Below are positions 13,601 through 25,106 of a DNA stretch of 64,000 nt, piece after piece. The DNA lies in NCBI GenBank assembly GCA_002269645.1, contig NIVC01002077.1:142825-206824 (forward strand). The letters are read 5' to 3'. A program made the translations under genes and the position numbers. This DNA comes from Macrostomum lignano. Taxonomy: Eukaryota. Every line of letters begins with the position of its first letter. Position 1 is the first letter of the stretch. The notes below the pieces were generated by a model, which worked only from the letters and a program-made list of their open reading frames with translations, was not told where the DNA came from and ran no database searches.

Positions 13601-16600
13601 ACATGATCGGCGGCGACTACCTGTGGCGCCTGGCTATTGAAGGCTCCGATTTAGTCGCCGACAAGGCTACAAACCTGCTCAAAGAAATGTACACTCATCT
13701 GGGACCGAAGCTCACCTCCAAGCTCGCGGTCATTCACGAGGACTTCATTCAGAGCTGCCTGGACCGGCTTCGAGCCGGATTCGACACCGTCAGCTGCGTC
13801 AAAGGCGACCCGGCGGCGGCTGCCAAAGTGGCCGAAGAGTGCGGCAAAATGGTCCGCGTGCTGCACGTCTTCCGCGAGTTCCTCAGCGAGACTGACGATC
13901 GCTTCGGCGAAGAGCGACAGCAACCGCGGCTGATGCACGCCTGGCGTGGCCACAGCTTCAGAGTCATACTGCGGCTGCAGACGGGACAGGTGAGGGCTGG
14001 CTGGGCTTCGGTTTGCATCTGAGCTCTGCTTGTAGAGTTGGTGATGCTGGGCTGTTTGCATCTGAGCTCTGCTTGTAGAGTTGGTGATGCTGGGCTGTTT
14101 GCATCTGAGCTCTGCTTGTAGAGTTGGTGATGCTGGGCTGTTTGCATCTGAGCTCTGCTTGTAGAGTTGGTAATGACTGGTTGCAGAATCTGTCAGTTGG
14201 TAATGACTGGTTGCAGTATCTGTCAGTTGGTAATGAATGGTTGCAGTATCTGTCAGTTGGTAATGACTGGTTGCAGAATCTGTCAGTTGGTAATGACAGG
14301 TTGCAGAATCTGTCAGTTGGTAATGACTGGTTGCAGAATCTGTCAGTTGGTAATGACTGGTTGCAGAATCTGTCAGTTGGTAATGACTGGTTGCAGAATC
14401 TGTCAGTTGGTAATGACTGGTTGCAGAATCTATCAGTTGGTAATGACTGGTTGCAGAATCTGTCAGTTGGTAATGACTGGTTGCAGAATCTGTCAGTTGG
14501 TAATGACTGGTTGCAGAATCTGTCAGTTGGTAATGACTGGTTGCAGAATCTGTCAGTTGGTAATGACTGGTTGCAGAATCTGTCAGTTGGTAATGACTGG
14601 TTGCAGAATCTGTCAGTTGGTAATGACTGGTTGCAGAATCTGTCAGTTGGTAATGACTGGTTGCAGAATCTGTCAGTTGGTAATGACTGGTTGCAGAATC
14701 TGTCAGTTGGTAATGACTGGTTGCAGAATTTGTCAGTTGGTAATGACTGGTTGCAGAATCTGTCAGTTGGTAATGACTGGTTGCCCCCCGAACTGCCGCA
14801 GGCGGGCGGTCCGGGCCAGCCCCAGACGCACGTGTCGCCGCAGCCGCCGCACTCGCAGCACCCGAGACTGGCAGGCCAGCAGCAGCTCAGCAAAGCCGAT
14901 CACGAGTACTGGGCCCACTCCAACGAGACCCTGGGCTATTACCGGCGCAGCGTGCTCAGAGAGATCGCCAGCCACCAGGCGGCGCCATTTCCCTGCCGCC
15001 TTGAGCTCTACTTCAATAACGAATGCCTGGAACCCGCCGAGACTGACAGACGCCTTCTGGTTGAGCTGGGCATCGGCAACCTGGCCATCCTCACTGGCAA
15101 ACTGCTGCCAGCTGCCGCCGCCCAGCCGATACCTAACAACCTGGCCAGCTCACCCGATAGCAGCTCGGGCAGCTCCGTTGATGGCGGCTCGCCGAGGCAG
15201 CAGCAGCAGCAGGCGCAGGTGCAGCATCAGCAGCCGCATCTGCCTGGCCAGCAGCCGCCTCTCCTGCAGCAGCAGCAGCAGCAGCTGCTGGACGCTGTCC
15301 CGGCCGCTTCAGAGGCCTGCCTGCCTGGCGTCATCATGTCCGGCGAGCTGCACCCCGACCTGGCCAATTTTCTATTCTGCCTGGCCGACCTGGGCTCCGA
15401 GCTGGACTTGCCCAGCCTCAGGCAGGGTGTACGCGACCTGCTGGACCTCATGCCGCCGCACCATCGCCAGGTGCAGCTGCTCCGCTCGCTCTGCTGCGGA
15501 GATTCAACAGCCGACGCGTCAGCAGCGCCCGGTCAACTCCGAGACGCTCTGTTTGACAAAGCCGGCCCGAGTGAGCTGCTTTACAATGCCCAGATGCTGT
15601 ACAGCCTGCTGTTCCCGGCCAGCGAGTCCGTCTGTCCGGACAGCCAGCTGCTGCTTGTGAAGTTTGTCGAACGCGGCGGTGTTGGCGTCATTCTAGCCGC
15701 GTTCACCAGCACGGACTACCTGACCAGGGCCGACCTGCCAACTCGAAAGCTCATCCACCTGTGGCTTGTCCGCCTGGCCAAGCTGCTGCTCACTGGCGTA
15801 GCCTTCGCCCTGCTCTACGCTCAACAGAGCGGCGACCCTCAGCTGCTGCCCAGTCAACTGGCTGACAGCGCCAGAGTCCTCATCAGCAGCATCCAGCACA
15901 CTCCGCATCATCTGCGCGACTACCTGTTGAAACAGCACTGCTCCCGGGTGGCTCGCGACTCTGTTCGAAGCCTGTGCGAGTCCCGCCTGCTGCGCCAGGA
16001 CCTGCCGGCTCTGGCCTCCACAGAGGCTGTGGCCGCGGTTGCCAGGCTGGCTTGGGCTAGCGCCGCTCACGCTGTCGAGCTGGCCTACAGGCCCTACGAG
16101 GAGGTGCACGCGGCTATGGAGAGGCTGGCCGCATCGGAACCGGATTTAGCCAGCTTGCAATCATTGCCCGATAGAGAATTGGCTGTGCTCAGTCTTGAGC
16201 TGTTGTCGCTGTGCCTGTCTGTAAGTGGCTAGCTATTTGTTCACTAATATATATCATACTTTGAAAAATGCGCTTTATCAAGTAGCTTTCGATACATATC
16301 GGCTAGCATCAGTAAAAAACGATTTTTTGAACATTTTAATTATCTTTTTCAGAATTTTCATTAAAAATGTCACTTAATTTATTAGTTTTCGATACATATC
16401 GGACAAAGCAGATATGTTGAAATTTCCAAAAATCTATTTCGTTTACTATAAGTACCACAGCAAGGATATTTAATTCAACCGATTCCAACTACTCTCCGCA
16501 GGTGAATTCGTCCGCGGTTGAGTCGCTATGCCGGGAGCGCTACTGGCAGTTGTTCATCACCGACGCTCTGATCCTTTGTCCCCTGCCCGAGGTTCGCGAC

Positions 16601-19600
16601 AGCGCTCGCGAACAGTTCGCCATCATCGCCACCCGCTGCTCCCTGGAGACCCGGCCTCTGCTATTCTTTACCACTTTGCTGTTCACTCAGCTTAATAACT
16701 TGGTGAAACAGCACGAGCGGCAGAGTCTGGAATATTTTCTACTATTGGAAACGCTGCTATCGAATTATCACGAGCGCGGCTGTCAACTGGGCAACGCGGA
16801 GAAACTTCTGACCAATGAGATTGCCTGGCTTAAAGCTGTTAAAGAGGCCCAGGCACCGTGCGATGAAAATCTGCTGCAGGTGAGAATTCAATGAGGTAGT
16901 CAGGTGGTTAATGAGGTAGTCAGGTGTTCAGTAAGGTAGTCAGGTGTTCAGTAAGGTAGTCAGGTGTTCAGTAAGGTAGTCAGGTGTTCAGTAAGGTAGT
17001 CAGGTGTTCAGTAAGGTAGTCAGGTGTTCAGTAAGGTAGTCAGGTGTTCAGTAAGGTAGTCAGGTGTTCATATTACAGTGCCAGTTAGCCGTTTAGCAAC
17101 GAGAGCATATGAGGTGGCTCAGGTTAAAGACACATTCAAGACAGTACTAGTGGTATGCAGCTACAGTATCCAGCCGCCCCGCTGTCACCAGGGCCACCTT
17201 CGAGTCTGCAAGGAGCTGGTCCGGTTCGCGCGATCTCGCCGACGCTACCTGGGCAGCGAGCCGGGCGGACCCCAGCTGATCGTGGACCTAATCGAGGACT
17301 TCCTGTTCCCAGCCTCCAAGTTCATCCTGGACCAGTCTCTGGAACAGTCAACTGTGCCGCTGTGCCAGTCTCAGGCTGCATGCCAGGGTGCATTCGACCT
17401 GATCGTGGCTCTCTGCACCGACTGTCTGGAGAATCTGCAGTGCCTGACTGACCGGCTAGTGCGCATGTACTATTCTGACTCTGCCGCCATGCCGCCTTGC
17501 GAATGGGAATACCTGCCCCCGGTGAATGCCCGGCCGCCCGAGGGCTTCGTCGGTTTGAAGAATGCCGGCGCCACCTGCTACATGAACTCGGTCATCCAGC
17601 AGCTGTACATGATTCATCCCATACGGAATGCCATCCTGTCTGTGGATACCGGATGCGACTACCTCTTCTTGGAAGAGGACGAACAGCAACAGCAGCATCC
17701 GCCGTTGTTGTTTCAACAGCAACAGCAGCAGCAGCAACAGAAGCCGCAGCAGGCGGACTACAATGTCACTCTGCTGCAGCACATACAGGCGCTGTTTGGC
17801 CAGCTGGCCTGCTCCAAGCTGCAGTTCTACACGCCTCGGAGCTTCTGGAGCCACTTCCGGCTGTGGGGCGAACCGGTGAACCTGCGCGAGCAGCACGACG
17901 CTTTGGAGTTCTTCAACTGTCTGGTGGACAGCCTTGATGAGGCTATGAAGACGCTCGGACAGCCAAAAATTATTGAGAAGGTGAGCATGGGGTAGACAGA
18001 CTCACTGCCAGGTAGACAGACTCACTTCCAGGTAGATAGACTCACTGCCAGGTAGACAGACTCACTGCCAGGTAGACAGACTCACTGCCAGGTAGACAGA
18101 CTCACTGCCAGGTAGACAGTCACTGCCAGGTAGACAGACTCACTTCCAGGTAGACAGACTCACCGTCAGGTAGACAGACTCACTGCCAGGTAGACAGACT
18201 CACTGTCAGGTAGACAGACTCACTGCCAGGTAGACAGACTCACTACCAGGTAGACAGACTCACTGTCAGTAGACAGACTCACTGCCAGGTAGACAGACTC
18301 ACTGTCAGTAGACAGACTCACTGTCAGGTAGACAGACTCACTGCCAGGTAGACAGACTCACTACCAGGTAGACAGACTCACTGTCAGTAGACAGACTCAC
18401 TGCCAGGTAGACAGTCACTGCCCAGGCACCACAGAAGGTCTGCTCACTTACAACCAACACCGCCCATTGTCAGGTTCTCGGTGGCACCTTCGCGGACCAG
18501 AAAATCTGCAAGGACTGTCCGCACCGCTACTCGCGCGAGGAACCGTTCACAACTCTCAACATCGACATTCGCAATCACACCAACCTGTTCGAATCGCTTG
18601 AGCAATACGTGAAAGGCGACCTACTCGAGGGTGACAATGCCTACCTGTGCGAAAAGTGCAACAAGAAGGTTGACACGGTGAAGCGGCTCTGCATCAAGAA
18701 GCTGCCCTCTATTCTGGCCATCCAGCTGAAGCGATTCGACTACGACTGGGAGAAGGACGTTGCCGTGAAGTTCAACGACCATTTCGAGTTTCCCCGCCAG
18801 GTGGACATGGAGCCGTACACTGTGCGCGGCCTCGCCAAAATTGAAGGCGAAACCATCGAAGACGACGCCGACGATGCCTCGTCGAGCTCCGCCGAGGCGT
18901 CAACCGCCAATGCTGGCGAAGGCGGCGCCAATGTTGAAGCCTCAACGAAGTACCGCCTGGTTGGCGTGGTGGTGCACAGCGGCCAGGCCACCGGCGGCCA
19001 CTATTACGCCTACATCCTGCACCGCGGCCGCGACGGCGCCGAGAAGTGGTACAAATTCGACGATAATGACGTGTCCGAATACAAGCTCGAAGACGACGAG
19101 GAACTGAAGTCGCAGTGCTTCGGCGGACTGTACGTTGGCGAGGTGTACGATCACATGATCCGCAAGATGCAGATGCGCAAGCAGAACCGCTGGTGGAATG
19201 CCTACATTCTGTTCTACGAGAGGCTGGACTTTGCCACCTCCGAAGCGGTGGTCACCCTCACCAAATCCTTCAGCGACCTCAGCCTCACCGAGCCGTCAAC
19301 CACCCGCCTGCCCAGCTCCATCGATCGGATGGTCCGCCGACAGAACCTCATGTTCATGCACAATAAGGCCCAGTTCTCTCAGGAGTACTTCAGCTTCATC
19401 AAGACCCTCATCAGGGAGAATGCGCCCCGCCCTGCCGACCAGCAGCAGCAGATGGACGGCCACCTGGCCGAGGAGATGTCAATCTGCTGTCTGAACCTCG
19501 CCGTCCGCTTCCTGTTCTCGGTCGGCCTCCGGGCCAAGAAGATTTTGCGCGGCCAGCCCAGCGACTGGCTCGAGATCATCGCTGCTCACCTGCGCGTCTC

Positions 19601-19927
19601 AGCCAAGGTGCGCAACTACTTCGCTAAGGAGGCGTTCTTTGATCATCCCAATCGGATTAGCGAATACCTGCTCGAATGCCCGGCCTCGGATGTTCGAGGC
19701 TTCTTTGCCCGCCTCATAGTTTGCACCGCCCACCTGAGCGCGGAGGATGGGCCCTGCCCAGACTGGGCGGTCCGCAACCTGTACCAGGACCCGACTCCGC
19801 GCCCCTGTGCCGAGCTGCTGCTCTGGACGGTGCTGCAACTGCTCAGGCGGGAGGTCAGCGAGCACGGCCGCCATTTGCCGCAGTATTTCTACCTGTTCCA
19901 CTGCTACTTGCGCGGCGGTGAGTCAAT

Positions 19928-19972
<45 letters not shown>

Positions 19973-22534
19973 GCCGGGCGTGTCCGAACGCCGCCTCCTG
20001 CTGAACCTGCGCGTGCCCTACTTCTTCCTGCTGCTCGTCACGGAGGAGGGCGGCATCTGCCCGCCGGTGAAGTATCAGTACGCCGAATTCGGCAAGCTGT
20101 TCTCCGTGGTGTCCATCCTCATCCGCTGCTACGACACTCTGCCGCAGTGCCAGACCATCGACCAGCGCCGGCCGGCCGAGCCCAACCCCTACCTGGACGA
20201 GCGCCTTGGCGGCCGGCCGCTCAGCGCCATGCCAGCAGACTTGGCCAACATGCTCTACAAGACGCCGCAGAACCGCATCATCAAAAAGATGCTGGAGGAC
20301 GGCAACGCATCTAATCCAGATGTTGTGTCGCTGATCCTGTTTCTGTCCTGGGAGAATTCCGTCTTCTCCCAGCTGGTCATCATTGAGATTATTTGGTTCA
20401 TCAACTACACCTATTCCAATGAGCTGCGGCCTTTCCTAGATCTGCTGCTCGAATTCCTGCTCATTGAGGACAGCTGGCAGAAGCAGCGGATTCACAACGC
20501 CCTGCTGGGCCACCGCGACTCCGACGGCCTGTTCGACACCTTCAACACCTGCAAGGCGCACCAGCAGAAGCGAAGCTACCAGTGCTTCAAGCTGGTCACC
20601 CGCCTGCTCGAGCGCTGCCCAGCCGCCGAGGAGCTGCTCAGCAGCGATAACAACATGATGAAGCAGTACCGCCGGGCTGTGGACTGGCTCAACGATGAAC
20701 TGGACAGGCGCCCGCCGTCTTATTACACCGCTACGGCTGCTGCCGCCGCCGCTGCCACCAGCAGCCCGACAGCCGCCGCCGCTGCAGCAGCCGCTGCCGC
20801 CGCAGTCTGTCAGGCCAGCAACGAGACCAGCTCAGGCTACTATATTGAGCGAACCAACTCGGCCAGGAGCACTCTGACGCGGGCGGATAATTTCCTGCTG
20901 AAATTTGTGAGTTTTATTGTTGCCAACCGTATTAGTAGGGCCAGGGTCAGGCCATTTGTATCTTATATCTATCTGTCAATCTGTCGAGCAAGGTTCTCAA
21001 TTTATCAATCAAAGTCTACCAATCAACACCAGTCAATCAATCAATCAAATCAATCAACACCAGTCAGTCAATCAATCAAATCAATCAACACCAGTCAGTC
21101 AATCAATCAATCAAATCAATCAACACCAGTCAGTCAATCAATCAATCAGACCAATCAACACCAGTCAGTCAATCAATCAATCAACACCAGTCAGTCAATC
21201 AATCAATCAACACCAGTCAGTCAATCAATCAATCAACACCAGTCAGTCAATCAATCAATCAACACCAGTCAATCAATCAATCAATCAGATCAATCAACAC
21301 CAGTCAGTCAATCAATCAAATCAATCAACACCAGTCAGTCAATCAATCAATCAGATCAATCAACACCAGTCAGTCAATCAATCAAATCAATCAACACCAG
21401 TCAGTCAATCAATCAATCAGATCAATCAACACCAGTCAGTCAATCAATCAAATCAATCAACACCAGTCAGTCAGTCAATCAATCAATCAGATCAATCAAC
21501 ACCAGTCAGTCAATCAATCAGATCAATCAACACCAGTCAGTCAATCAATCAGACCAATCAACACCAGTCAGTCAATCAATCAATCAGATCAATCAACACC
21601 AGTCAGTCAATCAATCAAATCAATCAACACCAGTCAGTCAATCAATCAGATCAATCAACACCAGTCAGTCAATCAATCAATCAGATCAATCAACACCAGT
21701 CAGTCAATCAAATCAATCAACACCAGTCAGTCAATCAAATCAATCAACACCAGTCAGTCAATCAAATCAATCAACACCAGTCAGTCAATCAAATCAATCA
21801 ACACCAGTCAGTCAATCAAATCAATCAACACCAGTCAGTCAATCAGATCAATCAACACCAGTCAGTCAATCAATCAGATCAATCAATACCAGTCAATCAA
21901 TCAATCAATCAAATCAATCAGCACCAGTCAATCAATCAATCAAATCAATCAGCACCAGTCAATCAATCAATCAATCAAATCAATCAACACCAGTCAGTCA
22001 ATCAATCAGATCAATCAACACCAGTCAATCAATCAATCAATCAAATCAATCAACACCAGTCAGTCAATCAATCAGATCAATCAACACCAGTCAATCAATC
22101 AATCAATCAAATCAATCAACACCAGTCAGTCAATCAATCAATCAGATCAATCAACACCAGTCAGTCAATCAATCAACACCAGCCCATTAACCCAGTCAAC
22201 TCAACCCATGCTTCAGAACCAAGACTCAGACGAGGCCACATCGCCCGAGGAGCCGCCGACTCCGCCGCCCCAGCAGCCGCAGCAGATGCAGCAGACTTCT
22301 ACCCGGCACTACCGACCTCCAGCAGGCGTCAGTCAGCAGCAGGCGCCCGCGCCTCCACCGCCGCCTCCGCCTCCTCCAAGCGACGAAGCCTTCGACGTGG
22401 AGAGCGGCCGGGACTCGCCCTCGCCTCCGCCTGACTCCGAGCTGAAAAAGTCGGGCACAGCAAACACCGCCAATACTACTGGTCCGGCCGATTCAACAGT
22501 AGTATCGTCAACAACCAGCACTTCAACCATGTGA
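6954..22534 (+). CDS. USP9X: Fat facets / USP9X-like ubiquitin carboxyl-terminal hydrolase (C19 family), 13 exons, about 2780 aa
   Basis: Exons 6954-7164, 7783-8576, 9259-9662, 11033-11573, 11730-11849, 11950-12094, 12948-13159, 13411-13989, 14802-16220, 16502-16879, 17192-17980, 18474-20906, 22217-22534. All introns are GT-AG with matching phases; the total of 8343 nt is divisible by 3. USP9-type motifs recognised from memory: [21 protein letters not shown], Cys box [21 protein letters not shown], His box [30 protein letters not shown]. Exon 1 is less certain (alternative ATG at 7908). Confidence 0.95.
7174..7668. repeat. (GTCT)n microsatellite, USP9X intron 1
   Basis: Visible. Confidence 0.95.
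7783..8576 (+). CDS. USP9X: USP9X-like exon 2
   Basis: [24 protein letters not shown]...[16 protein letters not shown]; donor CAG|GTAC. Confidence 0.93.
8612..9200. repeat. 19-bp minisatellite (CCATCCTTCATCCCCTCCC), USP9X intron 2
   Basis: Visible. Confidence 0.95.
9259..9662 (+). CDS. USP9X: USP9X-like exon 3
   Basis: GCAG|GCG acceptor; [27 protein letters not shown]; phase-2 donor AG|GTACGT. Confidence 0.93.
9685..11032. repeat. 23-bp minisatellite (ATCCTCATGATTTGTGTCTGCAG), USP9X intron 3
   Basis: About 55-60 copies, with 21-bp variants, degenerating into the acceptor. Confidence 0.95.
11033..11573 (+). CDS. USP9X: USP9X-like exon 4
   Basis: [43 protein letters not shown]; phase 2 in, phase 0 out. 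Confidence 0.93.
11730..11849 (+). CDS. USP9X: USP9X-like exon 5 (not in ORF track)
   Basis: Manual translation [40 protein letters not shown], flanked by ACAG| and |GTCAGT. Confidence 0.9.
11950..12094 (+). CDS. USP9X: USP9X-like exon 6 (not in ORF track)
   Basis: [39 protein letters not shown]; TTGCAG| acceptor and phase-1 donor G|GTGCGT. Confidence 0.88.
12170..12860. repeat. 36-bp minisatellite (ATGATGGGATTATGTATGATATGGGATGCCAGGTAA), USP9X intron 6
   Basis: About 18 copies. Confidence 0.95.
12948..13159 (+). CDS. USP9X: USP9X-like exon 7
   Basis: [17 protein letters not shown]...[10 protein letters not shown]; donor AAG|GTGAGT. Confidence 0.92.
13190..13346 (-). mobile_element. tRNA-derived SINE fragment with CORE-like segment, in USP9X intron 7
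   Basis: The minus strand reads GGGGGCTGTAGCCTAGTGG (A box)...GGTTCGATTC (B box) then TGTGTCCTTGGGCAAGACACTTAACTCTG, resembling the MIR/CORE motif CCTTGGGCAAGTCACTTAAC. The anticodon stem pairs poorly. Confidence 0.75.
13411..13989 (+). CDS. USP9X: USP9X-like exon 8
   Basis: [11 protein letters not shown]...[18 protein letters not shown] (start of the Ubl-like region); donor CAG|GTGAGG. Confidence 0.92.
14000..14783. repeat. Compound minisatellite: 43-mer x about 4 then 30-mer (GTTGGTAATGACTGGTTGCAGAATCTGTCA) x about 20, USP9X intron 8
   Basis: Visible. Confidence 0.95.
14802..16220 (+). CDS. USP9X: USP9X-like exon 9
   Basis: [13 protein letters not shown] (Ubl-like), [17 protein letters not shown]; GCCGCAG| acceptor and |GTAAGT donor. 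Confidence 0.9.
16502..16879 (+). CDS. USP9X: USP9X-like exon 10
   Basis: [25 protein letters not shown]; phase 0/0. Confidence 0.92.
16893..17070. repeat. 20-bp minisatellite (AGGTAGTCAGGTGTTCAGTA) x about 9, USP9X intron 10
   Basis: Visible. Confidence 0.95.
17192..17980 (+). CDS. USP9X: USP9X-like exon 11 (catalytic Cys box)
   Basis: GHLRVCKEL...[22 protein letters not shown]...[12 protein letters not shown]. Confidence 0.95.
17991..18425. repeat. 20-bp minisatellite (AGGTAGACAGACTCACTGCC) x about 22, USP9X intron 11
   Basis: Visible. Confidence 0.95.
18474..20906 (+). CDS. USP9X: USP9X-like exon 12 (zinc-finger insert, His box, C-terminal region)
   Basis: [17 protein letters not shown]...AYLCEKC...LKRFDYDW...[11 protein letters not shown]; donor TTT|GTGAGT at 20907. 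Confidence 0.95.
21020..22200. repeat. (TCAA)n / CACCAGTCAG compound microsatellite, USP9X intron 12
   Basis: Visible. Confidence 0.95.
22217..22534 (+). CDS. USP9X: USP9X-like terminal exon (P/Q/S/T-rich tail)
   Basis: CTTCAG|AAC phase-0 acceptor matches the upstream donor; TGA at 22532-22534; AATAAA about 50 nt downstream. Confidence 0.8.
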   Translation, partial: NQDSDEATSPEEPPTPPPQQPQQMQQTSTRHYRPPAGVSQQQAPAPPPPPPPPPSDEAFDVESGRDSPSPPPDSELKKSGTANTANTTGPADSTVVSSTTSTSTM

Positions 22535-22583
22535 TTTCTTTCACCAGAGGATGCTTCTGACTGAAAAAAAGAATTCTTATTTC

Positions 22584-22589
22584 AATAAA
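22584..22589 (+). terminator. Candidate polyadenylation signal of the USP9X-like gene
   Basis: AATAAA 50 nt after the stop codon; a longer 3' UTR cannot be excluded. Confidence 0.5.
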
Positions 22590-24194
22590 CGCCGCCTTTG
22601 ATGTCGCCGCCATTTCTCTATTTTGTCATTCTAATTATTTTATTGAGTAGCGAGATATAGCAGAGATGGAGTTTGGGGGGGTCAGTGGGTGCACAGTTTT
22701 TACTATTGAAATCCATTAGAATGATTGATTGACTGACCAGATCAGTTGGATGTCTGCCCGTCTTGGCTGCGCAGTGTTTCCTAAGTTATATTCACCAGTT
22801 TGTTCATAGCTATTGATATATATTTATGCATATATATGAATTCTATTTTTAAACCAGCTCTTCGCCCCCTGAACTCTGTCGCTCTGTTCCAAAACATGCC
22901 GTTTGTCTGAAAACATTTTTAATTGAATTTATTTTTCTCTCTATTCTGAGATTTCTATGATGATTTTGGTCTCTTACAGTGTTGAGAAACACTTAACATA
23001 TGCCGTGAAGATATGCTTATGCTCCTCATCTTGCACTATTCTTATCATCTAATTTGCTGAACTTGCTACTCACTTTCCTAGCGTTTTGTCAGTAGTAGTT
23101 AAAGCAAAAAACTATTTTTGTTGTTGCTGTTGTCAGATCTGGGCTTGGGAGAATTTGAGCACAATAACTGCGAGTTCCTGCCAGCACCCGGTTCGCTTTG
23201 CCTGTGGGGGGGCGGCTTTCTTTGCCATCCCACTGCAGCATCAAAACTGTTTCGCTGGGAAATATTTATCCCAAAATCTTTGCCAGTTTTGCTTGTTGAG
23301 TTTATTTAACAAAATTCGAGATCAATATAAAATACTTAAAGCCTAAATTGCGCGCTTCTCCTTGTCCTGTACTTTCAATAACTTATTAACTAAAATCATA
23401 GTTCATAGCTAATTGCTTTGTTAATTACCCAGACCAGCTCGCATGCGCTTATATTCAGATTGGAGTCCCCGCTCCGTTGTGTCTCATTCTAATCGGCTTT
23501 TTCAATTATTAATTAATCAAATTTGATTCTATTCAAGTTGCTGATTCAGTAGAAATGGCAGGTTTGGCTCCCCGCATCCCCACACATGTCTCGCTGTTGT
23601 CCCCAATTCTTTGCTTCGACTACAGATTCATAATCAGTTTTATTTATAAACCAATTCTGAGTTTCGATGAACATTTCTTTATTATTTATATACATAAATT
23701 AAATACGAATTTGCGTTCAAGCTACTTTCGCGAGTAGTTAGTTAGTGTTTATTGTATATTTACTGCCTAAACTATAAATATCCCCTTACAAGTCTGCTAA
23801 ATTAACCAATGCGTATAAAATTCTGCACTGGAGACTTTCAGTTCACCCAACTGACCTGTTTGCTAATGTAGCTATTGATAGTTGTTAGCATCTTTTTCTT
23901 CAACTTCGCCGCGACTCCCTCGCACTCAAAAACTAAACCCCCCCCCCTGTCTCAGTCTGTCTTTTTTTCTGCTGTTGCTAACGATGCATCCGAGACAGAC
24001 AGATCAGCTCCGCCTTAACAAGCCAGACCCCGTTTTCTCTTGCTTAACTGTTCGCGTCAACTCTTCTCTCTTTCTGCTATTAAAGTGATTGATTGTCATC
24101 GGTCGTCAGTTATGTGACACATTTTCACACAAAATATTTTATATGCAACTCTTTGTTAACGTGTTTCTTTTACTCTTTTTGTCTGAATGAGAGA

Positions 24195-24445
24195 CAAGTC
24201 CCGTGATCCCAATCTCTAAGTCTGTGGGTCCCAGTACCATTAGTCCCGTGATCCCAATCTCCAAGTCTGTAGGTCCCAGTCCCATAGTCCCGTGATCCCA
24301 ATCCCTAAGTCTGTAGGTCGCAGTCCCAGTCCCATTAGTCCCGTGATCCCAATCTCCCTAAATCTGTAGGTCCCAATCTCATTAGTCCCGTGATCCCAAT
24401 CTCCCTAAATCTGTAGGTCCCAATCCCATTAGTCCCGTGATCCCG
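24195..24445. repeat. Degenerate about 45-47-bp minisatellite (AGTCCCGTGATCCCAATCTCCCTAAATCTGTAGG...)
   Basis: About 5-6 copies. Confidence 0.85.
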
Positions 24446-24476
24446 ATCCAGTCGGGATCTCCACTGGGTGTCCAGT

Positions 24477-24490
24477 TTTTCCATGGCAAC
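24477..24490. promoter_or_regulatory. RFX X-box-like palindrome beside CCAAT and TATA-like motifs
   Basis: TTTTCCATGGCAAC is 1 mismatch from GTTNCCATGGNAAC. CCAAT follows immediately and TATAAAA lies at about 24537. No transcript identified. Confidence 0.3.
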
Positions 24491-25106
24491 CAATCTGCAA
24501 GGCAGAAATTAATCAAGCAAGCCGCTGCAACAGGGGTATAAAAAAGTCGATTGCGCGGCACCCACGCAAAATCAATTGGCTGTTTATGAAAAAATTGATT
24601 TCCATTGAGGCAGAACAGATTTCGGTAGTAGCAGACTCACTGCTCTGTATAAATATATTCACCCCAGGCCTCCTTAGCTATTCTGATGCCGCTCTCCAGA
24701 GTCTGCCAGTTCACTCCTGTGCTCAAAACTGCGCCCAGGTGGTTCCCCGTGAACTCAAGTGCCACTCGCGCCCTACTCGAGGCGACATTGTTGAGTTGAG
24801 TATTGAGTAGTGAGAGCCTGGATTCCAATATGTATATATACGTGTGTGTGTGCTCAGCTCTCAAATTGTGTCTAGCAGGCATTGTGCCGCTGCCACCACC
24901 CCTCCCAGCTGCCTGCTGGCAAAACGAAAACCACACGGTGGGAAAATTAATTCTTTAGCAGAGACACCGGCGACTGATGGAATAATTGGGACTGGCTTTT
25001 TTGTTCTACTATTTTACTGCTTCGATACGGCTTCTACGATACATATCGGCAGTTTCTAATGGAATTTTCTTCTAACCATCTGCTCATCTCTTAGTCATAT
25101 TTACAG

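Noticed and set aside
13964-15660. Long alternative-frame and antisense ORFs over USP9X intron 8/exon 9
   Set aside because: They result from the 30-mer array and GC-rich codon usage (shadow ORFs).
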